Of a DNA stretch of 24,790 nt, positions 9,248 through 17,132 are shown piece by piece. The DNA comes from Armatimonadota bacterium (GTDB lineage: Bacteria; Armatimonadota; UBA5829; DTLH01). The translations under genes and the position numbers were made by a program. Position 1 is the stretch's first letter, and each line of letters starts with the position of its first letter. The DNA lies in contig JBBRAE010000035.1 in NCBI GenBank assembly GCA_038207085.1, positions 1 through 24,790 of the forward strand, read 5' to 3'. Under the pieces are notes generated by a model. It searched no databases, was not told where the DNA came from, and saw only the letters and a list, made by a program, of their open reading frames with translations.

Positions 9248-9398
9248 CAAGTTACTCCTTAGAAAATGGCGCCTTCTGCCATTTACGCTCTGTTAAGTGG
9301 TAAGCCGACAGCAGCGTGCAGTTTGCGCTGCGAGAGGCTCCGCCACGGCTAGATTGACGCGTAGATCGATAGCTGGAGGGCGCAGTGCCCCAGACCAT

Positions 9399-9428
9399 AT
9401 TGTAACGTTTTTCAAGCTCCACCGTCAA
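9399..9428 (-). promoter_or_regulatory. Putative sigma70 promoter for the E1 gene
   Basis: TTGACG-18 bp-TACAAT; implies a leader of about 140 nt. Confidence 0.55.
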
Positions 9429-9691
9429 ATCGTGGAAAAACAGACAATTGCGGGCTAGATAGGGAGGTGCACACTGCGCCGGGTTTCAAGTCCGGGGGGT
9501 CTATGTGACACGAATTCGGGGAAACCCGTCCCCAATACACTGTTATTCAAGCTCACCTATTCCCTAAACTCCGACTTATTGATATAATGCAATCGTCCGG
9601 TCAACTTGACTTTCACAGCAGTTGCCCCCGGAGATATTGCCCCGTCGACCAAAAGAAGTCGAGCTCTGGGCAGCGATAGAGAATCCCAACT

Positions 9692-11398
9692 ATGAACCCA
9701 AAACAGATCGCACTCGTTCTGCTCGTGCTGGCGACACTAGGGATCACCATCACGCTTGTCGGAAACGCTACCAGCAAAGACTTGGTCGGCGCAGTGCAAA
9801 CGGCCTGCATCAACCCCAATGCAGTGGATAACCCTTCAAAGAAGGTTACGCTCAGGTGGCTTTGCCGCTACTACTGGCCAAGCGCAAACGAAGGCACGAT
9901 TGTCGAACGACAGATCGAAAAGAAATTCAACGTGGAGATCAAACCGATCTTTATTGACGGCACCGCCTACGGCATCAAGCGGCCTCTCATCTTCTGCGGA
10001 AACGGCGCGCCGGACCTGTGGTGGGAGCCAAACCCAATCACGCTGCAGAAATACGTAAAGCACGGGTTCGTCGCCGAACTCCCCTACAAACTCATCCAAC
10101 GCTACGCGCCGACCTACGTCAAGCACATGAACGAAGAGGCTCCTGTCACCTGGCTCTATTGCAGAGTGGACGGCAAGAACTACGGCGTGCCGACTATGTT
10201 CATGGGGGGCAGATATCCGACCTGCAGCGTATGGAGAAAAGACTGGCTAAAGAAAGTCGGCATAAACAAAACCCCTGATACGCTTGAAGATATGCACACC
10301 GCACTCTACAGGTTCCGACACAACGACCCCGACGGCAACGGCAAGATGGACACCTATGGCATGAGTGGGTCCACACAGGCTTGGCACATGAACTTCGTAG
10401 AGATATACGGCGCATACGGCATCGCACCGCTGGACTGGATAATGAAGGACGGGAAGGTCGTCTGGGGCGGCATTCAGCCCGAGACCAAGCAGGCCCTCGC
10501 GCTGCTCCGCCAGTGGTACAAAGAAGGCCTGATCGACCCTGACTTCGTAATCGACACCGAAAACCCCGGCGGACGGCTTGAGACTAAGATGCTTTCCAGC
10601 AAGATCGGCTACCACAATGGGTTGGGCTCCGACTACTTGACTCTCGACCACAAAACCAACCAAGGCTTCGCCGCGAACTTCTACAAGCTCAATCCCAAAG
10701 CCGACCTCACTCCCGGACTCTTCCCCAAAGGTCCCACAGGCAAGCGAGGTGCTCGGGTATGGGGAAGCGGCGGCAATATGACTTCGTTTGGCATACAGAC
10801 CGCAAAAGACCCCGAGAAGGTCATCCGCGTGCTAAAGATCTACGAAGCCGCAAGCGCAAACATTGAGGTCGGTATGGAACTCGCGGGCGGCAAGCGCGGC
10901 GTGCACTGGTATTTCAAGAACCCAAAGGGCGAATACCCCGGCCAAGCGTCCGGCCTCCCACCCTATGACAACGCAACCAAAGCGTCTATGCAGGCTCTTA
11001 GCTTCTATGCAGGAGGAGGAGGCCCCGGAGGAGCATTCGTTGAATCTACCGCTTCCACCAAGACCTCCGACCATTTCCTGCCACCCGCAGCCGTCGCCTA
11101 CCGCGAGAAATACTGTAACGAGAAGTACGGTATCCCGGACGTCTTAGGCAAGGCGGACGTTGTTCCTTCGTCTGGGGTATATCTGGGAGACCTCAGAACC
11201 CTGCAAATAAACCGCTTCGCAGACATTATCCGAGGCGCAAAGCCATTGTCTTCATTTGACGACTTCGTCAGGGAATGGAAGCGCAGAGGTGGCGACATAA
11301 TGACCATTGAAGCTCGCAAGATGTACAAAGAGAAACTTACGATCTACAAGGAGCTCGGAATCCCGATCAAGAAGGTGGAAAATGGCAAAGCCAATTAA
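9692..11398 (+). CDS. Carbohydrate ABC transporter substrate-binding protein (LplA-like, family 1)
   Basis: 568 aa; N-terminal hydrophobic segment; IEKKFNVEIK, DGKNYGVP, RKDWLKKVGI..P.T, DPDGNGKMDTYG, LRQWYKEGLIDPDF, FDDFVREWKRRGGD. Confidence 0.9.
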   Translation: MNPKQIALVLLVLATLGITITLVGNATSKDLVGAVQTACINPNAVDNPSKKVTLRWLCRYYWPSANEGTIVERQIEKKFNVEIKPIFIDGTAYGIKRPLIFCGNGAPDLWWEPNPITLQKYVKHGFVAELPYKLIQRYAPTYVKHMNEEAPVTWLYCRVDGKNYGVPTMFMGGRYPTCSVWRKDWLKKVGINKTPDTLEDMHTALYRFRHNDPDGNGKMDTYGMSGSTQAWHMNFVEIYGAYGIAPLDWIMKDGKVVWGGIQPETKQALALLRQWYKEGLIDPDFVIDTENPGGRLETKMLSSKIGYHNGLGSDYLTLDHKTNQGFAANFYKLNPKADLTPGLFPKGPTGKRGARVWGSGGNMTSFGIQTAKDPEKVIRVLKIYEAASANIEVGMELAGGKRGVHWYFKNPKGEYPGQASGLPPYDNATKASMQALSFYAGGGGPGGAFVESTASTKTSDHFLPPAAVAYREKYCNEKYGIPDVLGKADVVPSSGVYLGDLRTLQINRFADIIRGAKPLSSFDDFVREWKRRGGDIMTIEARKMYKEKLTIYKELGIPIKKVENGKAN

Positions 11399-12308
11399 AG
11401 GTCAAAAGCGAGCCGAGCCGCTCGGCAAATATAAAGACCTGCTTCTCATGCTTATCCCGGGCCTTTCGATACTCTTGCTCTTTAACTACGTGCCGATGTA
11501 CGGCATCGTGATAGCTTTCAAGGACTTTATCCTTTCCAAGGGCATTTTCGCAAGCCCATGGGTTGGTTTTTCGAACTTTGAAAGGCTCTTTGCCGGTCAG
11601 GACTTTGTGCGGGCGCTTATCAACACGATAACGATCAGTCTGATGCGCCTGGGGTTCGGATTTTTTGCTCCGATAGTCCTGGCCTTGCTCCTAAACGAAG
11701 TGAGATTCCAAGGTTATAAGCGTGCTATCCAGACGCTAACATACCTGCCGTTTTTCCTGTCGTGGGTTATCCTCGGCGGAATATTCCTGATGTTTTTCTC
11801 GCTCGACGGCCCGGTCAACCAGATTCTTATGAGTCTTGGCAAGGACAGTCCTATCGAGTTTCTGACCAACTCCCAATGGTTTGTATTCACCCTTATCCTA
11901 ACCGGCATCTGGCAGGGGGCCGGGTACGGCGCTGTTGTATATCTTGCGGCGCTTTCGGGAATATCACCGGATCTTTACGAAGCTGCGATGATCGACGGCG
12001 CAAACCGCTGGAAGCAGACCCTGCATATCACTATCCCCTGCCTCAGGCCGACGATCCTCGTGCTTTTCATCCTGAGCCTCGGAGGGATTTTGAACGCGGG
12101 ATTCGATCAGATTTACAACATGTACAGCCCTGCGGTATTTGAGCGGGCCGACATTCTTGACACTTACGTGCTGCGACGGCTTACGACGATGGACTTTGGC
12201 CTGTCGACTGCGGCCGGACTTTTCAAGTCGCTCGTGGGGTTCTTTTTAATCGTTGTCGTCAACGCGTTCGTGCGCAAGACAAGCGACGGCGAGTATGGAG
12301 TGTGGTAG
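11382..12308 (+). CDS. Carbohydrate ABC transporter permease (LplB-like)
   Basis: True start is most likely ATG 11382 (MAKPIKG), overlapping the SBP stop; FNYVPMYGIVIAFKDF, SPWVGF.NF, YLPFFLSWV, EAA loop LYEAAMIDGANRWKQ. Confidence 0.92.
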   Translation: MAKPIKGQKRAEPLGKYKDLLLMLIPGLSILLLFNYVPMYGIVIAFKDFILSKGIFASPWVGFSNFERLFAGQDFVRALINTITISLMRLGFGFFAPIVLALLLNEVRFQGYKRAIQTLTYLPFFLSWVILGGIFLMFFSLDGPVNQILMSLGKDSPIEFLTNSQWFVFTLILTGIWQGAGYGAVVYLAALSGISPDLYEAAMIDGANRWKQTLHITIPCLRPTILVLFILSLGGILNAGFDQIYNMYSPAVFERADILDTYVLRRLTTMDFGLSTAAGLFKSLVGFFLIVVVNAFVRKTSDGEYGVW

Positions 12309-13190
12309 ATGAACTACAAGCAAAATCTTGGCGAGAAGATATTCAACGCATTCAATTTGATATTCCTGGGAATTATCGGCATTCTAGCGCTCTACCCTTT
12401 CGTTTACACTGTGTCGATATCGCTTAGCACCCAGGCCGAGGCCGCACGTGGCGGGCTTCACCTTTTTCCGAGCGAGTTGTCGTTCACGTCGTATAAGATG
12501 GTCTTGAACAACCCCGAGATTCTGACCGGCTACGCGAACACGCTTTTCCGCACCATCATCGGCACTGTGGCAACGCTCACGGTGACGTGCCTCACGGCGT
12601 TCCCGCTCGCGAGAAAGACGCTTCCCTACAGAAGCCCGATTATGGTCTTTATTCTCTTTACGATGATATTCGGAGGCGGACTGGTGCCGAGCTTCCTGCT
12701 GATCAAGAGCCTCGGGCTCTACGACAACCGAATGGTCTATATCATCCCAGGGCTTGTGAGCGCGTTCAACGTGATTATTATCAAGAACTTCTTCCAGTCG
12801 ATCCCCGACAGCCTGTACGAGTCGGCGACGATCGATGGGGCTACTCCCTGGCAGATTCTTCGACTGATCTATATACCGCTTTCAAAGCCTGTGCTTGCAA
12901 CCGTCGGGCTCTGGACCGCTGTAGGGCACTGGAACTCCTGGATGGATGCGATGCTTTACATCGAGAGTGGCAGCAAGCAGGTTATGATGAACCTCCTGCA
13001 GCGAATCGTCATCCAGAACAATATCGACCTGGTGCAAAAAGGGCTCGCAAACCCCGACATAAGTCAGTTCACTCCAGAGACGATCAAAGCGGCGACGGTC
13101 GTGATCACGATCCTGCCGATCATTCTGCTCTACCCCTTCGTGCAGAAGTTCTTTATCAAGGGAATCCTGATCGGAAGCATAAAAGAGTAA
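12309..13190 (+). CDS. Carbohydrate ABC transporter permease (LplC-like)
   Basis: FTMIFGGGLVPSFL, FFQSIPDSLYESATIDGA, AVGHWNSW, YPFVQKFFIKGILIGSIKE. Confidence 0.92.
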   Translation: MNYKQNLGEKIFNAFNLIFLGIIGILALYPFVYTVSISLSTQAEAARGGLHLFPSELSFTSYKMVLNNPEILTGYANTLFRTIIGTVATLTVTCLTAFPLARKTLPYRSPIMVFILFTMIFGGGLVPSFLLIKSLGLYDNRMVYIIPGLVSAFNVIIIKNFFQSIPDSLYESATIDGATPWQILRLIYIPLSKPVLATVGLWTAVGHWNSWMDAMLYIESGSKQVMMNLLQRIVIQNNIDLVQKGLANPDISQFTPETIKAATVVITILPIILLYPFVQKFFIKGILIGSIKE

Positions 13191-13214
13191 GCTATCAGCT
13201 TTTAGCTATCAACC

Positions 13215-13246
13215 AAAAGGACGGGAGTCACATCCCGTCCTTTTTT
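13215..13246 (+). terminator. Rho-independent terminator of the ABC operon
   Basis: AAAAGGACGGGA-GTCACA-TCCCGTCCTTTTTT. Confidence 0.85.
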
Positions 13247-13261
13247 GTTTGCATCCCAAGC

Positions 13262-13291
13262 TTGCGCCGTCGTCCCGCGCTGGCGTATAAT
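13262..13291 (+). promoter_or_regulatory. Putative sigma70 promoter for the araD-dehydrogenase unit
   Basis: TTGCGC-18 bp-TATAAT, 30 bp upstream of the araD start. Confidence 0.55.
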
Positions 13292-13321
13292 GACTGCGAC
13301 AATTTGAGAGGTAAGAGGATA

Positions 13322-13975
13322 ATGCTTGAGCAACTGAGAAGGCTCGTCTGCGAGCTTAACAAAGAACTTCCAAAGAACGGCCTGGTCACGATGACGAGCG
13401 GCAACGTCTCAGGACGCGACTCGGCTACAGGGTATATAGTGATCAAACCAAGCGGCGTGTCGTTTGAAGACCTGACCCCCGAGGACATGGCGATCGTCGA
13501 CCTCGACGGCAACGTCGTCGAAGCGACGAAAAACCCGAGCGTCGACACCGCGACCCACCTCGTGATCTATCGCCGCCGCCCCGACGTAAACGGGGTAGTG
13601 CATACCCATTCCAACTACGCGACGAGCTTTGCCGCGCTCGGGCAGCCGATCCCCGCAGTTCTGACCGCTATAGCCGACGAGTTCGGCGGCCCCGTGCCCT
13701 GCGGGCCCTACTGCCAGATCGGTGAGGAGCAGATCGGTGAGGCCATAGTCGATCACATTGGCGCAAGCCCGGCGATTTTGCTCCAGAACCACGGGGTGTT
13801 TACCGTCGGCCCAACCCCACAGTCCGCGCTAAAAGCCGCGGTTATGGTCGAGGATATCGCAAAGACCGTGCATCTTGCCATGCTTCGCGGGACCCCAATC
13901 GCAATCCCGGCTGAAGAGGTCGCACGCGGACACAAAAGATACGTCGAAAAGTATGGGCAGGGAGGCAAAGCGTGA
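13322..13975 (+). CDS. araD: L-ribulose-5-phosphate 4-epimerase-type class II aldolase/epimerase
   Basis: Start ATG 13322 after AAGAGGA; GLVTMTSGNVS, IKPSGV, PSVDTATH (Asp, epimerase-like), VHTHS.YATSFA, LLQNHGVF, C-terminal YGQ. The exact substrate is not established. Confidence 0.8.
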   Translation: MLEQLRRLVCELNKELPKNGLVTMTSGNVSGRDSATGYIVIKPSGVSFEDLTPEDMAIVDLDGNVVEATKNPSVDTATHLVIYRRRPDVNGVVHTHSNYATSFAALGQPIPAVLTAIADEFGGPVPCGPYCQIGEEQIGEAIVDHIGASPAILLQNHGVFTVGPTPQSALKAAVMVEDIAKTVHLAMLRGTPIAIPAEEVARGHKRYVEKYGQGGKA

Positions 13976-15006
13976 GAGTCCTTCGACTGCACAAACCTAT
14001 GGACCTGCGACTCACCGACGAACCCATCCCGACTCCAGGGCCCGGTGAGGCGCTTGTGCGGGTGACATCGGTAGGCGTCTGCGCATCAGACGTCCACTGG
14101 TGGCGCGACGGGCGGATCGGCAGCACCAAGCTCGACAAGCCGCTTGTCCTCGGGCACGAAGGCGCGGGGGTTGTCGAGGCAGTCGGAAAGGACGTAACGA
14201 GCGTTGTGCAGGGGAGCCGGGTCGCGATCGAACCGGCACAGCCGTGCTTTCAGTGCGAGTTTTGCAGAAACGGCAACTATAACGTCTGCCCGTCGGTGAT
14301 GTTCTTCGGTACCCCGCCGACCGACGGATGCTTCCGCGAGTACGTCGTCTGGCCGGAGCGGCTTCTAATCCCTATCCCTGATGAGATCAGTATGGACGAA
14401 GCGGCGATGGTAGAACCGCTCGCTGTGGGCGTCTACGCAGCGGAGCTTGCCGGGTTTAGAGCCGGTGAAACGGTCGCGATATTCGGCGCTGGGGCGATCG
14501 GCCTCTCGGTCCTTCAGCCCGCGCGTCTTGCTGGAGTCGGCAAGGTGCTCGTCATCGAGCCTGTCGCCGAACGACGCGCGATGGCTAAGAGGCTCGGTGC
14601 CGACGAGGTCTGTGACCCCTCAGAAGCAGCCGCGATTGCAGAGAAGTTGACCGGCGGACGCGGTTTTGACGTAGTGGTCGAGTGCGCGGGAAGCGTCGAG
14701 GCGGTGCGGGCAACGGCGTCTCTTGCCCGGGTGCTCGGACGAATCGTCATAGTCGGGATCCCCCGAGGAGATGATTACACGTTTGACGCAAGCGCCGCGC
14801 GGAGAAAGCAGCTCTCGGTGGCGTTTGTCCGCCGCAGCAACAACACGACCGAAGAATCCCTTGAGCTGGTGCGCGATGGACGAATAAACGTCGCAAGCTA
14901 CGCGACGCACACCTTCGGCCTGGAAGCGGTCGCAGAGGCTATGGAGATGGCCGAGACAAAGTCCGGCGGAGTGATCCGCGCGGTAGTTCGAGTAAGCGAA
15001 GAGTGA
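13972..15006 (+). CDS. Zn-dependent polyol dehydrogenase (sorbitol/xylitol/L-iditol dehydrogenase family)
   Basis: GVCASDVH, GHEGAG, structural Zn C-x2-C-x2-C-x7-C, FFGTPPTDG, EPLAVG, GAGAIG; GTGA overlap with araD. Confidence 0.88.
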   Translation: MRVLRLHKPMDLRLTDEPIPTPGPGEALVRVTSVGVCASDVHWWRDGRIGSTKLDKPLVLGHEGAGVVEAVGKDVTSVVQGSRVAIEPAQPCFQCEFCRNGNYNVCPSVMFFGTPPTDGCFREYVVWPERLLIPIPDEISMDEAAMVEPLAVGVYAAELAGFRAGETVAIFGAGAIGLSVLQPARLAGVGKVLVIEPVAERRAMAKRLGADEVCDPSEAAAIAEKLTGGRGFDVVVECAGSVEAVRATASLARVLGRIVIVGIPRGDDYTFDASAARRKQLSVAFVRRSNNTTEESLELVRDGRINVASYATHTFGLEAVAEAMEMAETKSGGVIRAVVRVSEE

Positions 15007-15036
15007 CTTCCACTGGTGAAGTCTGGAGGATATCTA

Positions 15037-15453
15037 TTGGCTGAACAAACAACCACCCAACCTGCAAAGACCGACGCGAACCCGAGCAAGCCCTTGTGGC
15101 TGACGCTGGCAATCGTCGGAGGATGCCTCGCCGCACTCATCGTCCCCTACCTGCACGTGCGGTTCGGGTCGGCGACGTTTCCGCGCGCCGCGACTGTCGC
15201 GGTCGCAAACATCGGGATATTTCTGGCGACCTACGCGTTTTTCCGCCGCATGTTGATGCCAAACAGCAGCTCCTTCGTGGGGTTCATCGTAAGCCTGCTT
15301 GTCGCGCTTCCGGTGTTTATCATAGCCTTCTTCGGGCTCGGCTACGAGATCCCGGAGATGTTCGATTTTGGTCTGATGTACGTGATTGGAAGCTGGGTGG
15401 GCTCAAGCGAGGCCGCCGAGTTCCTGCACCCGGCACAGGCAGAAGAAGCGTAG
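15037..15453 (+). CDS. Hypothetical membrane protein (about 4 TM)
   Basis: Hydrophobic ORF following the dehydrogenase; GGAGGA precedes TTG 15037. Confidence 0.65.
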   Translation: MAEQTTTQPAKTDANPSKPLWLTLAIVGGCLAALIVPYLHVRFGSATFPRAATVAVANIGIFLATYAFFRRMLMPNSSSFVGFIVSLLVALPVFIIAFFGLGYEIPEMFDFGLMYVIGSWVGSSEAAEFLHPAQAEEA

Positions 15454-15456
15454 ATT

Positions 15457-15527
15457 ACAGGGGCTGGGAGGAAGGGGATAGGGGCTGGAAAAGACTGCAC
15501 CTAACCCCTCCCCCAGCCCCTGTTTTT
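15457..15527. terminator. Long imperfect hairpin between convergent genes
   Basis: ACAGGGGCTGGG…CCCAGCCCCTGT outer stem followed by a T-run on the plus strand. Confidence 0.65.
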
Positions 15528-16880
15528 CTAAATGAGCATCGACATCGGTGACTCGAGAATCCCCTTCACCCGCCCGAGGTAATCGGCGGCCGGAGCCCCA
15601 TCCATCACCCTGTGGTCCCACACGAGCGACAGCCCCATCATCGAGCGAATCTTGATCTCGCCGTTTATGACGACTGGCTTTTCAACGACCCTGCACATCC
15701 CCAAAATTGCGCTCTGCGGTGGGTTGATGATCGGGTTGAACGAATCAACGCATGTAGAAGTGAGGCTTGAGACGGTAAACGTCCCGCCGGACATATCCTC
15801 GCGTGAAAGCTGGCCTGCCCGAGCCTTGCCCGCAAGCGTTTTGATATCAGAAGATATCTGAACAAGCGACTTGCGGTCGGTCTCTGGGATAACCGGGGTC
15901 ACGAGCCCGTCTTCGATCGAAACCGCGACGCAAAGGTTGATATCGTCGTGTATGACGATCTCTTTTTCTACAAGCGAGGAGTTAACGATCGGATAGTCGA
16001 GAATCGCAAGCGCGGCGGCCTTGATAACAAGCGCGGTCGAGCTGATCTTGATCCCATAGCGCTTCATTGCCTCAGCTGCGATGGAGTCGCGCATCGCCAG
16101 CGCGTCGGTCATATCGACCTCGGTTACAAAAGTAACCTGCGGAGCGTTTCTGACGCTAGCGGCGACGTTCTCGCCGACGGCTTTGCGCATCCCGGTGTAG
16201 GGGATGATCCGTCCTATTCCACGCTTGCCAAACGGCACAAGCGGCATCGGCGGGACCGCGCGGGTCACGTCGTCGCGCATAACCCTACCTGCGGGGCCGG
16301 TGCCGATGACGGTCGAAATGTCGACCCCGGTGTCAGCTGCGACCTTGTCCGCAAGGGGGGAAACCCTCTGTGCGGGAGTTGCGGCGAGCGGCGAAGCGAA
16401 GGCGAGCACGTCTTTTTCGACGATCCTGCCAGCGGGGCCCGTGCCCTTGCCCGCGAGAAACTCAATCGCGATGCCGTTTTCACCGGCCACCTTGCGAGCT
16501 CTCGGGGAGATAAAAAGTCTGTCGCCGGACGCGGCGGACGCCTTAGGCGAAGCCGAAACCGTCTCTGGGACGGGGGCCTGTGCGGGAGTCTCAACTGCGG
16601 CAGAAGCCGCGCCGTTTCCGATCAAATCGTCTATTTTCTCTCCGGCTGCGCCGATCACTCCGACGGTTTCTTTCACGGGAACGATCGAGCCTTCCCCTGA
16701 AACGATCTTGAGCAGAACGCCGGACTCAGGCGACTCGACCTCCATATTGGCCTTGTCAGTCATAACCTCAAAGAGAATCTCTCCCTTTTCGACCTTGTCA
16801 CCTTCTTTTTTGAGCCATTTCGTTATCGTCCCTTCCTCCATAGTCTGTCCGAGGAACGGGAGAACCACCTTTGTTGCCAC
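15528..16880 (-). CDS. Dihydrolipoamide acyltransferase (E2) of a 2-oxoacid/acetoin dehydrogenase complex
   Basis: Start GTG 16880 after GGAGG; lipoyl domain (EVMTDKANMEVES); two E3/E1-binding domains; catalytic domain with GGTFTVSSL, PIINPPQSAILG and WDHRVMDG. Confidence 0.93.
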   Translation of the reverse strand: MATKVVLPFLGQTMEEGTITKWLKKEGDKVEKGEILFEVMTDKANMEVESPESGVLLKIVSGEGSIVPVKETVGVIGAAGEKIDDLIGNGAASAAVETPAQAPVPETVSASPKASAASGDRLFISPRARKVAGENGIAIEFLAGKGTGPAGRIVEKDVLAFASPLAATPAQRVSPLADKVAADTGVDISTVIGTGPAGRVMRDDVTRAVPPMPLVPFGKRGIGRIIPYTGMRKAVGENVAASVRNAPQVTFVTEVDMTDALAMRDSIAAEAMKRYGIKISSTALVIKAAALAILDYPIVNSSLVEKEIVIHDDINLCVAVSIEDGLVTPVIPETDRKSLVQISSDIKTLAGKARAGQLSREDMSGGTFTVSSLTSTCVDSFNPIINPPQSAILGMCRVVEKPVVINGEIKIRSMMGLSLVWDHRVMDGAPAADYLGRVKGILESPMSMLI

Positions 16881-16955
16881 ATCAACCTCCGAGTTGTTAA
16901 GCCTTACGTAAGTGTGTACCGGGAAGATACTCCACGATACAACATGAGCCAGGAG

Positions 16956-16982
16956 AGGGCGGACACACTGGTCCGCCCCTAC
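16956..16982 (-). repeat. GTAG-type REP-like palindrome
   Basis: GTAG-GGGCGGAC-CAGTGT-GTCCGCCC-T in the intergenic region upstream of E2. Confidence 0.6.
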
Positions 16983-17132
16983 TGCCGGATTAACTTGATT
17001 CTTGTGCATTGGCAACTGCCGCTACGAAGCATCGCACGCGGCAGATAACAATGGACAAAGCACAAGATTTATGTTAAGCGTGCACTATTTATTATTATAC
17101 ATTGGCGTCGGGATTCCTCCGCGCAAGATTGT

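Noticed and set aside
9251..9398. TPP riboswitch upstream of the ThDP-dependent E1
   Set aside because: The CTGAGA and ACCTGA core motifs are absent.
9478..9500. tRNA T-arm-like hairpin CCGGG-TTTCAAG-TCCGG
   Set aside because: I could not build an acceptor stem, D-arm or anticodon arm, and the loop register is off.
12587..13321. 245-aa N-terminal extension of the 462-aa ORF ending at 13975
   Set aside because: It overlaps the lplC-like gene out of frame and crosses a terminator and a promoter; the AraD sequence starts at ATG 13322 with its own RBS.
16881..17015. N-terminal extension of E2 in the ORF track
   Set aside because: It translates a REP palindrome; GGAGG precedes GTG 16880, where the lipoyl domain begins.
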